A model generated the notes under the pieces. That model was given only the letters and a program-made list of their open reading frames with translations, was not told where the DNA came from and did no database searches. DNA of 36,568 nucleotides, taken from the sequence record SRR20825006_2421, one strand, 5' to 3'. How positions within the stretch are numbered: position 1 is the first letter of the stretch; every line of letters starts with the position of its first letter. Shown piece by piece: positions 27,663 to 35,826 of this stretch. The translations under genes and the position numbers were made by a program.

Positions 27663-29114
27663 ATGCCTTTGGATGTCACTTACTGGACCGCTGAAATTGA
27701 CGCCTTACTGACGATGCTGGACCCCTATTGGCCCTATGTGGCGGCGGCCATCAGTATCGGGTTGGCGGTGACGGTGACGGTGCATGTCGCTCAGAATAAG
27801 CGCGATGCCCGTGCGGCGGCGGCCTGGACCGGGCTTGTCTGGCTGGTGCCGGTGCTGGGGGCGCTGCTCTATTACATCCTGGGCGTCAATCGGATTCGCC
27901 GGCGGGCACGCCAGCTGACCGGTGGCCTGATTGACAGCAATGATGGCTGGCGCGTTGCGGCCGAGCCTGAACCGGACCTGAAGCACCTGAAAATCCTCAG
28001 TCGCCTGGTGGGGCGGCTGACCCACTTGCCGCTCACCGACGGCAACCGCATTACCCTGCTGGATGCCCCCGGCGCTTACCAGGCCATGTTAGATGCCATC
28101 GACAATGCCAATGAAAGCATTTATCTGGCCACCTATATTTTCGGCAACGATGCCGCCGGTAAACCGCTGGCTGATGCGCTCTCTGCGGCGGTGGCGCGGG
28201 GAGTGAAGGTGCGGGTGCTGGTGGACGGTGTCGGCGCTCTGTATTCCCTGCCGTCAGTGGTCTGGCGGCTGCGCCGTGGCAAGGTGCCGGTGGAGCGTTT
28301 TCTGTATTCCCTGGCTCCCTGGCGCATGCCGTACCTGAATCTGCGCAATCATCGTAAATTCATGGTGGTGGACCGCCGTTATGGCTTTACCGGTGGCATG
28401 AACATTCGCGCCGGCTATATACAACAACCGCCGAAGATTACCGACCTGCATGCTGGCATCGAAGGGCCGGTGGTGGGGCAGTTATTGCGCAGCTTTGCCG
28501 CAGACTGGTATTTCACCAGTGGCGAGTTGCTGGACACCAGTTACCGCGGCCCGGCCTGGCTGGGCGATGTGCAGTCCCGGGGCATCAGTGCCGGCCCGGA
28601 TGCGGATTTCGACAAGCGTCGCATGACGCTGCTGGCGGCCATTGGCAGCGCGGAATCCCGTATTCGCATCGTCACCCCGTATTTCGTGCCCGATCTGACC
28701 TTGCTGGCCACACTGCAACTGGCGCTGCTGAAAGGGGTGCGGGTACAGATTGTCATCCCGCGCAAGAACAACCTGCGCCTGGTGCACTGGGCCAGTCTGC
28801 ATGCCCTGCGCTGGCTGGTTGCCGAAGGGGCTGAGCTCTATCTGTCGCCGCCGCCATTTGATCACAGCAAAGTGATGACAGTGGATCAGCACTGGGTCAT
28901 GTTGGGGTCGGGTAACTGGGATGCGCGCAGCCTGCGGCTGAATTTCGAGTTTGATCTGGAGTGCTACGGGGAGGCGCTGGCGGAGCAGATTGATGAAGCG
29001 CTGGATGAGCGGATTGCGCTTTCGCAGCGGCTGGATCAAGCCGGCTTTCGGCAAATGGCGCCCTGGCGACGGGTGCGCAATGCGCTGGCGCATATGATGG
29101 AGCCTTATCTTTAG
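27663..29114 (+). CDS. cls: Cardiolipin synthase (phospholipase D family)
   Basis: N-terminal PLDc_N TM hairpin and two HKD motifs (NHRKFMVVD, HSKVMTVD); alternative start 27714. Confidence 0.9.
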   Translation: MPLDVTYWTAEIDALLTMLDPYWPYVAAAISIGLAVTVTVHVAQNKRDARAAAAWTGLVWLVPVLGALLYYILGVNRIRRRARQLTGGLIDSNDGWRVAAEPEPDLKHLKILSRLVGRLTHLPLTDGNRITLLDAPGAYQAMLDAIDNANESIYLATYIFGNDAAGKPLADALSAAVARGVKVRVLVDGVGALYSLPSVVWRLRRGKVPVERFLYSLAPWRMPYLNLRNHRKFMVVDRRYGFTGGMNIRAGYIQQPPKITDLHAGIEGPVVGQLLRSFAADWYFTSGELLDTSYRGPAWLGDVQSRGISAGPDADFDKRRMTLLAAIGSAESRIRIVTPYFVPDLTLLATLQLALLKGVRVQIVIPRKNNLRLVHWASLHALRWLVAEGAELYLSPPPFDHSKVMTVDQHWVMLGSGNWDARSLRLNFEFDLECYGEALAEQIDEALDERIALSQRLDQAGFRQMAPWRRVRNALAHMMEPYL

Positions 29115-29240
29115 GCATGCAGACACGGTGTGGGGCTGGGGGATAAATCGTTATAGCAAAATGCCATTATTTGTGTGGTCTTGATCACGGTCTCCCGGTT
29201 TTAAGGGATACATCACCTGAACTCTTGGTTATAAAGTAGC

Positions 29241-29263
29241 CGATTAAACAGGGTGTTTAATCG
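29241..29263. promoter_or_regulatory. Palindromic operator upstream of the START gene
   Basis: CGATTAAACA-GGG-TGTTTAATCG, a perfect 10-bp inverted repeat. Confidence 0.55.
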
Positions 29264-29325
29264 CCACCAAATATTGAACATTGCGTTACAGCGTGGATGT
29301 TGCGCGCAACACTGTCAGGACAATC

Positions 29326-30081
29326 ATGATAAAAAAACTGACAACACTGCTATTGCTGGTGCTGATAGCCATGCCGGCCCTGGCCAGCGACGGGGAATGG
29401 GTGCTGGTGACCGACCGGGACGGCATTCAGGTATTCCGCCAGGATGACGTGGACTCACGCCTGAAAACCTTCCGGGGCGTGGCGGATCTGCAGGTGAACG
29501 ACTTCAACGCCATCGGTGCCTTGCTGGATGATTACGACGCGGTGGCGTCGTTTATGCACATGGTGTCGGAAATCCGTGACCTGAAACGTAACTCGCCCTA
29601 TCAACGGGACGTTTACGTGACGACACGCCTGCCGTGGCCGGTGAAAGACCGTGATGCCCCCCTGCGGGTAACCTTTTATCAGGAGCCGGTTACGCTGGAT
29701 CTGGTGATGCCCTTTGCGTTGCACGCAGCGGCTTACCCGGAGCAGTCGCACTATGTGCGCATGCCGCAAATGGAAGGGTATTACCGGTTTTCCCCGGGCG
29801 AGGTGGGCAAGGTGCAGGTGACTATCGAAGTGGTGCTGGATCCAGGTGGGGCCTTGCCGGCCTGGCTGGCCAACATCATTCTGAGGGATATACCGTATTT
29901 TTCCCTGCGGCGTTTGCAGCGGGTGATCAATCAACCCCGCTTCCAGGGAATCGCCCACGGTTACTACCAGACGCCAGGCGCCTGGCAGCAAGCCGGTGAG
30001 GCTCGCGAGGTGGCCGATGCCTCCCGCGAAGCCAAGGCTAGCGCTTCAGGGGTGAGCCCGGCCCCATCAGAGCCCAGATAA
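29326..30081 (+). CDS. Exported START domain lipid-binding protein
   Basis: Signal peptide, WVLVTDRDGIQVF, LPWPVKDRD and DPGGALPAWLAN; AGGA RBS. Confidence 0.85.
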   Translation: MIKKLTTLLLLVLIAMPALASDGEWVLVTDRDGIQVFRQDDVDSRLKTFRGVADLQVNDFNAIGALLDDYDAVASFMHMVSEIRDLKRNSPYQRDVYVTTRLPWPVKDRDAPLRVTFYQEPVTLDLVMPFALHAAAYPEQSHYVRMPQMEGYYRFSPGEVGKVQVTIEVVLDPGGALPAWLANIILRDIPYFSLRRLQRVINQPRFQGIAHGYYQTPGAWQQAGEAREVADASREAKASASGVSPAPSEPR

Positions 30082-30214
30082 TCAGGCCGATCAGCGGCAC
30101 AATCAGCACCAGTAGCACCCACAGCACCTTGGCGCCGGTCTCTGCGGACGATTGGATAATCATTACGATGGCGTAAATCGCCACGGCCAGTTGTAACAGT
30201 CCCAGTAATTTCAT
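30038..30214 (-). CDS. Small stand-alone PLDc_N-domain membrane protein (58 aa, absent from the ORF track)
   Basis: Translation MKLLGLLQLAVAIYAIVMIIQSSAETGAKVLWVLLVLIVPLIGLIIWALMGPGSPLKR; KxxWxxxxxxxPxxGxxxW pattern; AAGGGA RBS. Confidence 0.82.
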   Translation of the reverse strand: MKLLGLLQLAVAIYAIVMIIQSSAETGAKVLWVLLVLIVPLIGLIIWALMGPGSPLKR

Positions 30215-30296
30215 CGAAATTCCCTTTTTATCCGACGTGAGTCCTTAATCTAGAGGACTTGTGGGAAAGGGTAAATCACCGGGGTGTAAAACCCGG

Positions 30297-31508
30297 TCAA
30301 CTTTCCTGGCGATGGGGATGCTGGCGGCGTGCCCCGGCCAGCATCAAGCCGCTATAGAGCAGAGCCACCACTGCCAGCCCGGCCCCCAGCAGAACAACGC
30401 CCCACCAGCCCTGGTGATCGTAGGCAGCGGCAGACGCCAGTGAACCGGAGGCGCCCCCCAGGAAATACACAAACATGTAGCCGGAGTTGAGTCGGTTGCG
30501 GGCGTTTTCATCCAGTGAAAACACCATGTTCATATTGGTGATGTGCACGGCCTGAAGCGCCAGATCCAGCAGCACGATCCCGGCGAGCAGTGCAATAAGC
30601 GAGGTGCCGCCCAGCCCCAGTAACCCCCAGGACAGCAGCAGAATCACGATACCAATGATTGTCAGCCGTTGGCCGTGGCCACGGTCGGCCAGCACGCCGG
30701 CGTGGCGGGCCGACAGGGCGCCCGCTGCACCGGCCAGGCCAAACAGGCCGATAGTGGCATCGTTGAAGCCCCAGGGTTCGGCGGACAACAGGAAGGCCAG
30801 GGATGTCCACAGCACGCTGAACATGGCAAAGCCCAGAAAGCCGAGTACGGAGCGCTGGCGATACATCTTGTACCGCAGAAACAGCCCTGCGATGGAGGTA
30901 ATCAGCTGGCCATAGTGCAGCGAGGCGGGCTGGTGGTAGCGGGGCAGCAAGCGCCACAGGGCCAGCGTATTGAGCAACATCAACGCAGCGGCCACCCAGT
31001 AAACGGTATGCCAATCACCCAGAGAGGACAGTGCGCCCGCCACGGTACGTGCCAGCAGAATGCCCAGTAACAGGCCACTCATGACCGTGCCGACGACTTT
31101 GCCGCGGGTTTCCAGTGGCGCCAGCGTGGCGGCAAACGGCACCAGCACTTGTGCCACTACAGAAAACGCCCCTGTGATGGCGGTGCCGGCCAGCAGCATC
31201 GGCAGAGAGCGTGCGCTGGCGCTGATCAGCAACCCGACCATGGCCAGCAGCATCATGATAACAATCAAGCGGCGCCGCTCGACCAGATCACCCAGTGGCA
31301 CCAGTAGAATCAGCCCCACGGCGTAGCTGGCCTGGGCGGTGGTGACAATAATGCCGGCTTTGGCGTAGCTCAGGCTGAGCTGGTCCGCGATGGTGTGCAG
31401 CAAAGGTTGGGCGTAATAGTTGCTGGCGACCACCAACCCGGTGGTGGTCGCCATCAGTAACACCAGCAGCGGGCTGAGAGGGGAAGAGGAGGGCGTATCG
31501 TGGGTCAT
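30297..31508 (-). CDS. MFS transporter
   Basis: About 12 TM helices; VASNYYAQPLL, PLGDLVERRRL and GTVMSGLLLGILLART. Confidence 0.92.
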   Translation of the reverse strand: MTHDTPSSSPLSPLLVLLMATTTGLVVASNYYAQPLLHTIADQLSLSYAKAGIIVTTAQASYAVGLILLVPLGDLVERRRLIVIMMLLAMVGLLISASARSLPMLLAGTAITGAFSVVAQVLVPFAATLAPLETRGKVVGTVMSGLLLGILLARTVAGALSSLGDWHTVYWVAAALMLLNTLALWRLLPRYHQPASLHYGQLITSIAGLFLRYKMYRQRSVLGFLGFAMFSVLWTSLAFLLSAEPWGFNDATIGLFGLAGAAGALSARHAGVLADRGHGQRLTIIGIVILLLSWGLLGLGGTSLIALLAGIVLLDLALQAVHITNMNMVFSLDENARNRLNSGYMFVYFLGGASGSLASAAAYDHQGWWGVVLLGAGLAVVALLYSGLMLAGARRQHPHRQES

Positions 31509-31621
31509 GCTGAATCCTGGTATCGGTGCGCGGCGACAGTGTCTGGCAAAGAAGGGCGTTGAGCCAGAGCAATAAGCTGATTGGATTGATGCAAAAAAAC
31601 GATGCAGGAAAAACGGAAAGG

Positions 31622-31698
31622 TGGTGCCCCGGAGACGATTCGAACGTCCGACCTAGCGCTTAGGAGGCGCTTGCTCTATCCAACTGAGCTACCGGGGC
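31622..31698 (-). tRNA. tRNA-Arg (anticodon CCT)
   Basis: GCCCCGGTAGCTCAGTTGGATAGAGCAAGCGC-CTCCTAA-GCGCTAGGTCGGACGTTCGAATCGTCTCCGGGGCACCA; complete cloverleaf, 77 nt. Confidence 0.97.
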
Positions 31699-31973
31699 TT
31701 TGCAGGGGGCCAATTGTAAGGACTTTTAGTCGTGGTGCCAGTCTCGAGCAATCAAGAGGTTATTTTATGGGCTTTGCTGGAGCTCTGGCGTTTGTAGTTG
31801 GGCGTATCAGAGGTAGCCGTAATCCGACATTCCGGTGTTGGACTAGGCTGTTGCGCGGTGCATTTTATCTACGGGGCTGGAGGTTCTGACTGTCTTGTTA
31901 GCCGCTTTCACGTAACGTTTGCGACAAGCCTGCATCCAATTGATAGCATTAAGGAAATGGAAACAGGTGAAGT

Positions 31974-32930
31974 ATGCAGGACACCCACGATTTATTGGTG
32001 CGTAGCAGCACGGATTTTCCGCCGCTGCGTCGCCATGCCACTTCCGTGTTGCAGGTCAACCTGGGTTATCTGTGCAACCTGAGTTGTGTGCACTGCCATG
32101 TGAATGCTGGCCCCACCCGCACCGAGCTGATGGACAAGGCCACCATCGACCTGATTCTTCAGGTCATCCGCAAGCGGGACATCAAGGTGATTGATCTCAC
32201 CGGTGGAGCGCCGGAGATGAATCCCCACTTTAGCTACCTGGTGCGTGAATGTCATGCACTGGGTGTGGAGGTCATCGACCGCTGTAATCTGACCATTCTG
32301 CTCGAGCCGGGTTACGAAGATTTGCCGCAGTTTTTGGCTGATCACGACGTGCATGTGGTGGCCTCCCTGCCGTGTTATTCCGAAGAAAACGTGAACAAGC
32401 AACGGGGCAAGGGCGTGTTTCAGGGCAGCCTTGAAGCCATTCGCCGCCTGAACGAGAAAGGCTACGGGGACGACAAGGTGCTGGACCTTGTCTATAACCC
32501 CACCGGCGCATCGTTACCGCCTCCACAGGCTGCCCTGGAAGCTGATTACAAGCGTGAATTGATGACGCATTTCGGTTTGCGCTTCAATCATCTGCTGACG
32601 ATTACCAACATGCCTATCAGTCGTTTTGGTGCGGTGTTGCTGGCCCATGATCAGTTCAACGATTACATGCAGCTGCTGCGCGACAGCTACAATCGCGAGA
32701 CCTTACCCGCTTTGATGTGCCGCTCCATGGTGAGCGTGGACTATCAGGGGTACCTCTACGATTGTGATTTCAACCAGATGCTGGACATGCCACAAGGTCA
32801 CCATGAGGGCCATCAGCATTTGTCGAGCTTGCTGAAAGACGACATTGAGGGCGAGCCGATTTATGTGGCCGATCACTGCTTTGGTTGCACGGCGGGCGCA
32901 GGAAGCAGCTGTGGTGGCTCGCTGGAATGA
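31974..32930 (+). CDS. arsS: Arsenosugar biosynthesis radical SAM protein ArsS-like (rSAM/Cys-rich)
   Basis: LQVNLGYLCNLSCVHCHVNAGP, DLTGGAPEMN, MCRS, YDCDFNQML and C-terminal HCFGCTAGAGSSCGG. Confidence 0.88.
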   Translation: MQDTHDLLVRSSTDFPPLRRHATSVLQVNLGYLCNLSCVHCHVNAGPTRTELMDKATIDLILQVIRKRDIKVIDLTGGAPEMNPHFSYLVRECHALGVEVIDRCNLTILLEPGYEDLPQFLADHDVHVVASLPCYSEENVNKQRGKGVFQGSLEAIRRLNEKGYGDDKVLDLVYNPTGASLPPPQAALEADYKRELMTHFGLRFNHLLTITNMPISRFGAVLLAHDQFNDYMQLLRDSYNRETLPALMCRSMVSVDYQGYLYDCDFNQMLDMPQGHHEGHQHLSSLLKDDIEGEPIYVADHCFGCTAGAGSSCGGSLE

Positions 32931-33613
32931 GCCGGGTGAGTGTCATCGTGCCGGTGCTTAATGAGGCGGATACCTTGGCCGATTCGCTGGCACGGCTACG
33001 AGCGGCACTCGCCGACGGCGATGAACTGATAGTGGTAGATGGCGGCAGTACCGACCACAGTATCGACATTGCCCGTGAAGTTGCCGATACGGTACTCACC
33101 AGTGATCAGGGGCGTAGCCTTCAGATGAATACCGGCGCGGTATGCGCACGGGGTGTGTGGCTCTGGTTCATCCATGCGGATACGGTGCTCCATGCCCGCC
33201 ATCGCGAGGCGCTGGGTAGCCTGGCCAGTCGCACCCTGTGGGGGCGTTTTGACGTTCGGCTGAGCCAGTCCCGGCCGCTGTTTCGTGTTATCGCGTTCAT
33301 GATGAACTGGCGTTCGCGCCTGACCGGAATCGCCACCGGTGATCAAGCCCTGTTTGTACGCCGCGATGTGTTTCGTGAGCTGGGCGGCTTTCCCGAGCAG
33401 CCATTGATGGAAGATATTGCCCTGTCGCGCACCTTGCGCGCTCTGGCGCGCCCGGCCTGTCTGCGCCCGCCGGTGATCACCAGTAGCCGGCGTTGGGAAC
33501 ACAAAGGGCCATGGCGCACCATTTGGCTGATGTGGTCCCTGCGCTTTCGTTACTGGCGCGGGGCCAGCCCGGAAGCGTTGCACCGGGAGTATTACCGGGG
33601 GGATGCCGGGTGA
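32927..33613 (+). CDS. GT2 glycosyltransferase, TIGR04283-like (ArsS-associated)
   Basis: VSVIVPVLNEA, VVDGGSTD, QMNTGA, FIHADT, GDQALFV, PLMED and TSSRRW; ATGA overlap with arsS. Confidence 0.88.
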   Translation: MSRVSVIVPVLNEADTLADSLARLRAALADGDELIVVDGGSTDHSIDIAREVADTVLTSDQGRSLQMNTGAVCARGVWLWFIHADTVLHARHREALGSLASRTLWGRFDVRLSQSRPLFRVIAFMMNWRSRLTGIATGDQALFVRRDVFRELGGFPEQPLMEDIALSRTLRALARPACLRPPVITSSRRWEHKGPWRTIWLMWSLRFRYWRGASPEALHREYYRGDAG

Positions 33614-34236
33614 ACGACACCCCCTTGCTGATTATTTTCGCCCGCGCCCTGCATGCTGGTCAGGTGAAAACCCGCCTGATCCCCGCTTTCGGGGCCGAGG
33701 GCGCCCTGCAGATTTATCGGCAGCTACTGTGGCAGACGCTTGCTGCCGCAGAGGCGTTTCCTGGTGATGTGCAGCTGTGGCTCGACAAGCCGGATGCACA
33801 GTTGCAGCAGGAGGCAGCGGCGCGGGGCTGGTCCAGTTTTTTGCAGGAAGGCGAGGATCTGGGGCAACGCATGGCTGGGGCGTTATCACAGGGATTGTGC
33901 CACGCTCCCCGGGTTTTGCTCATCGGCAGCGATTGCCTGTTGCTGGATCGGCCTTATTTCGAGCAGGCGCTGGATGCGCTGGGGCACACCCCTGTGGTGT
34001 TCGGCGCCAGTGAAGACGGTGGCTATGTGCTGCTGGGCAGCAGCCGGGCAGCGCTCTGGTCTTCTGACCGTTTTAGAGCTGTACGCTTCGGTGGTCCCCA
34101 TGCGTTAGAGGACAGCCGGGCCTGTTTTGCCCCGGAGCAAACCAGGGTGTTGGCGCCCCTGTGGGATGTGGATGAGCCGGACGATGTGGCACGGGCCCGT
34201 TCATCCGGACTTTTACCGTCTGTCACTTTTTCCTGA
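33610..34236 (+). CDS. TIGR04282/DUF2064-like transferase (ArsS-associated)
   Basis: IIFAR...GQVKTRL, QEGEDLGQRM, LIGSDC, EDGGYVLLG and WDVDEPDD; GTG start overlaps the upstream TGA. Confidence 0.87.
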   Translation: MNDTPLLIIFARALHAGQVKTRLIPAFGAEGALQIYRQLLWQTLAAAEAFPGDVQLWLDKPDAQLQQEAAARGWSSFLQEGEDLGQRMAGALSQGLCHAPRVLLIGSDCLLLDRPYFEQALDALGHTPVVFGASEDGGYVLLGSSRAALWSSDRFRAVRFGGPHALEDSRACFAPEQTRVLAPLWDVDEPDDVARARSSGLLPSVTFS

Positions 34237-34347
34237 TTTGACGGGTGTCAGCGGTGTCCGTGCTTGCTTAAATTTCCAGCTTGTAACACATAACAGGGTT
34301 TCTGTAGCTGCTATGGTAGCCGCCGTAAAGGATGACGGAGCAGGTTG

Positions 34348-34692
34348 ATGCACGATAGATCGGTCCTCGATGCCGAGGTCGTTTCCGAATTGCAGGATAT
34401 TATGGGCCAGGATTTTCAGATGCTGGTCGAATCGTTCCAGCGCGATGGCGAGCAACGCCTGGCCGCGCTGGATCAGGCGTTTGCGGCTGGCGATGCGGAG
34501 ACCCTGCGCAGCCAGGCGCACAGTTTCAAGGGCAGCAGCAGCAACCTGGGGGCAATTCATGTTGCCAGTCTGTGTATGGAGCTGGAAACGTTGGCTTCCA
34601 GCGGTGACCTTTCCTGCGCGCCCGCTTTGCTTCACTCCCTGAAACAGCATTTCCAGCAGGCCTGTGCGGCGTTAAACGCCACCTTGGCGTGA
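34348..34692 (+). CDS. Stand-alone Hpt phosphotransfer protein (HptB-like)
   Basis: AHSFKGSSSNLGA phospho-His motif; GGAG RBS; resembles Pseudomonas HptB from memory. Confidence 0.88.
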   Translation: MHDRSVLDAEVVSELQDIMGQDFQMLVESFQRDGEQRLAALDQAFAAGDAETLRSQAHSFKGSSSNLGAIHVASLCMELETLASSGDLSCAPALLHSLKQHFQQACAALNATLA

Positions 34693-34722
34693 AATGGGGC
34701 CGTCCAGCGGCCAATTTCAGGC

Positions 34723-34838
34723 AAAAAAAACCCTCTTCCGAAATTGGGGTGGAAGAGGGGGGTTGTGAGCGCTATTGCTAGCGCCTTGGGGGGATACTGG
34801 TTGGCTTGGTGATGCTGTATAACACCACGTTTTCCATG
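34723..34838 (-). ncRNA. Candidate C-rich small RNA with intrinsic terminator
   Basis: Three hairpins on the minus strand (one with a GCAA tetraloop, G-U pairs favouring this strand), unpaired C-runs, terminator CCCTCTTCC/GGAAGAGGG plus U8; TAGCAT -10 at 34845-34850. Confidence 0.6.
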
Positions 34839-34963
34839 GAATTAATGCTACCCAGAAGTGTGACGCGGTGCTGTAAAAAGCAGTGAGGAAATGTAAAAGC
34901 TTGGGCGCCTTTTAGCGTCGGGATGTAGCCCTCCGGGGCACGGGCCTGGCGTGGTGAGACGAG

Positions 34964-34985
34964 CTTGTAAGAGATCTCTTACAAG
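34964..34985. promoter_or_regulatory. GacA/UvrY box (upstream activating sequence)
   Basis: TGTAAG-AGATCT-CTTACA within the 22-bp perfect palindrome CTTGTAAGAGATCTCTTACAAG, about 180 bp upstream of the GGA-rich RNA. Confidence 0.85.
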
Positions 34986-35152
34986 GCTGTAGGAAAAAAC
35001 AGTTTTTTTCTGCTTTTTTTGGCGTTCAAAAACAAAACTTCAAAGATTAACCTGCTGTTTTTCCTTATGTTTTTCTGTTTTGTGTGGTTTTTACCCAGAC
35101 TTTTAATATTTATTTTACCCACAGAGCAAAATACGGTTGATATAGTGTTTCC

Positions 35153-35274
35153 GTGCTTCAGGGAATTGAGCACAAGGATTTGCAAGGAATGCAGTACAGG
35201 GATGTTGCGGTGAGCGCAAAAGGGTCAGGATGACTCGACGCAAAAAGGGCGGCAGGATGCCGCCCTTTTATTTT
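35153..35274 (+). ncRNA. rsmZ: Rsm/Csr-family protein-sequestering sRNA (RsmZ/PrrB-like)
   Basis: Six GGA motifs (CAGGGA, AAGGA, CAGGAUG types), mostly in short hairpin loops; extended -10 TGATATAGT at 35138-35146; terminator GGGCGGCA-GGA-TGCCGCCC-TTTT; convergent with fdxA as in Pseudomonas. Confidence 0.85.
35242..35274. terminator. Bidirectional terminator for rsmZ and fdxA
   Basis: AAAAAGGGCGGCAGGATGCCGCCCTTTTATTTT. Confidence 0.85.
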
Positions 35275-35297
35275 GCCTGGAGAAAAGTGATCCGCGT

Positions 35298-35621
35298 TTA
35301 GCGGACCAGCTTCTCCCGCTTGTTCGGCACACCGTCCCACTCTTCAGCGTCGTCCGGCGCATCTTTCATTTCGGTAATGTTCGGCCACTTCTCTGCCAGA
35401 TCCGCGTTGATCTCCAGGAAGTCCTGCTGGTCGTCCGGCAGTTCATCTTCCGAGAAGATGGCGTTAACCGGGCACTCCGGTTCACACAGTGCACAGTCGA
35501 TACACTCGTCCGGGTGGATAACCAGAAAATTTTCGCCTTCGTAGAAACAGTCTACCGGGCACACTTCCACACAATCGGTGTGTTTGCAGTTAATGCAATT
35601 CTCACCTACTACGAACGTCAT
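35298..35621 (-). CDS. fdxA: 7Fe ferredoxin FdxA
   Basis: [29 protein letters not shown]...[12 protein letters not shown]. Confidence 0.96.
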   Translation of the reverse strand: MTFVVGENCINCKHTDCVEVCPVDCFYEGENFLVIHPDECIDCALCEPECPVNAIFSEDELPDDQQDFLEINADLAEKWPNITEMKDAPDDAEEWDGVPNKREKLVR

Positions 35622-35826
35622 AGCCTGTCCTCGCCAGGTGTCTTCATTTTGTACAGCGCCAAGGGCTGATTATAACAGCAATAGGCGCGGTCTCGCTTGG
35701 GGTGGCGCTAGTCTAGCGATATGCCCAGAGGCAGGCAAACGCAGCGTTGATATAAGGTTATAGCGGCAGCAGGCCGCAGGAGACAACGGCCACCGCTTTT
35801 GGGTTGCAGCTATGCTCCCACGGTAT

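Noticed and set aside
31622-31698. tRNA-Arg(CCT) and tRNA-Pro as island or prophage integration sites
   Set aside because: No integrase, no duplicated tRNA 3' end and no evident compositional shift; the sites appear empty.
31725-31741. Sigma54 promoter (TGGCAC) upstream of tRNA-Arg
   Set aside because: No TTGC -12 element at the required spacing.
31974-32930. Selenocysteine recoding in ArsS
   Set aside because: The ORF is open with Cys at the conserved positions; the only in-frame TGA is the terminal stop overlapping the next ATG.
34954-34980. GTGAGACG as a third TetR operator
   Set aside because: Only one half-site; no GTCTCA at the 14-bp spacing.
34979-35213. 64-68 aa ORFs in the AT-rich region
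   Set aside because: Low-complexity translations of the rsmZ promoter linker, better explained as regulatory DNA.
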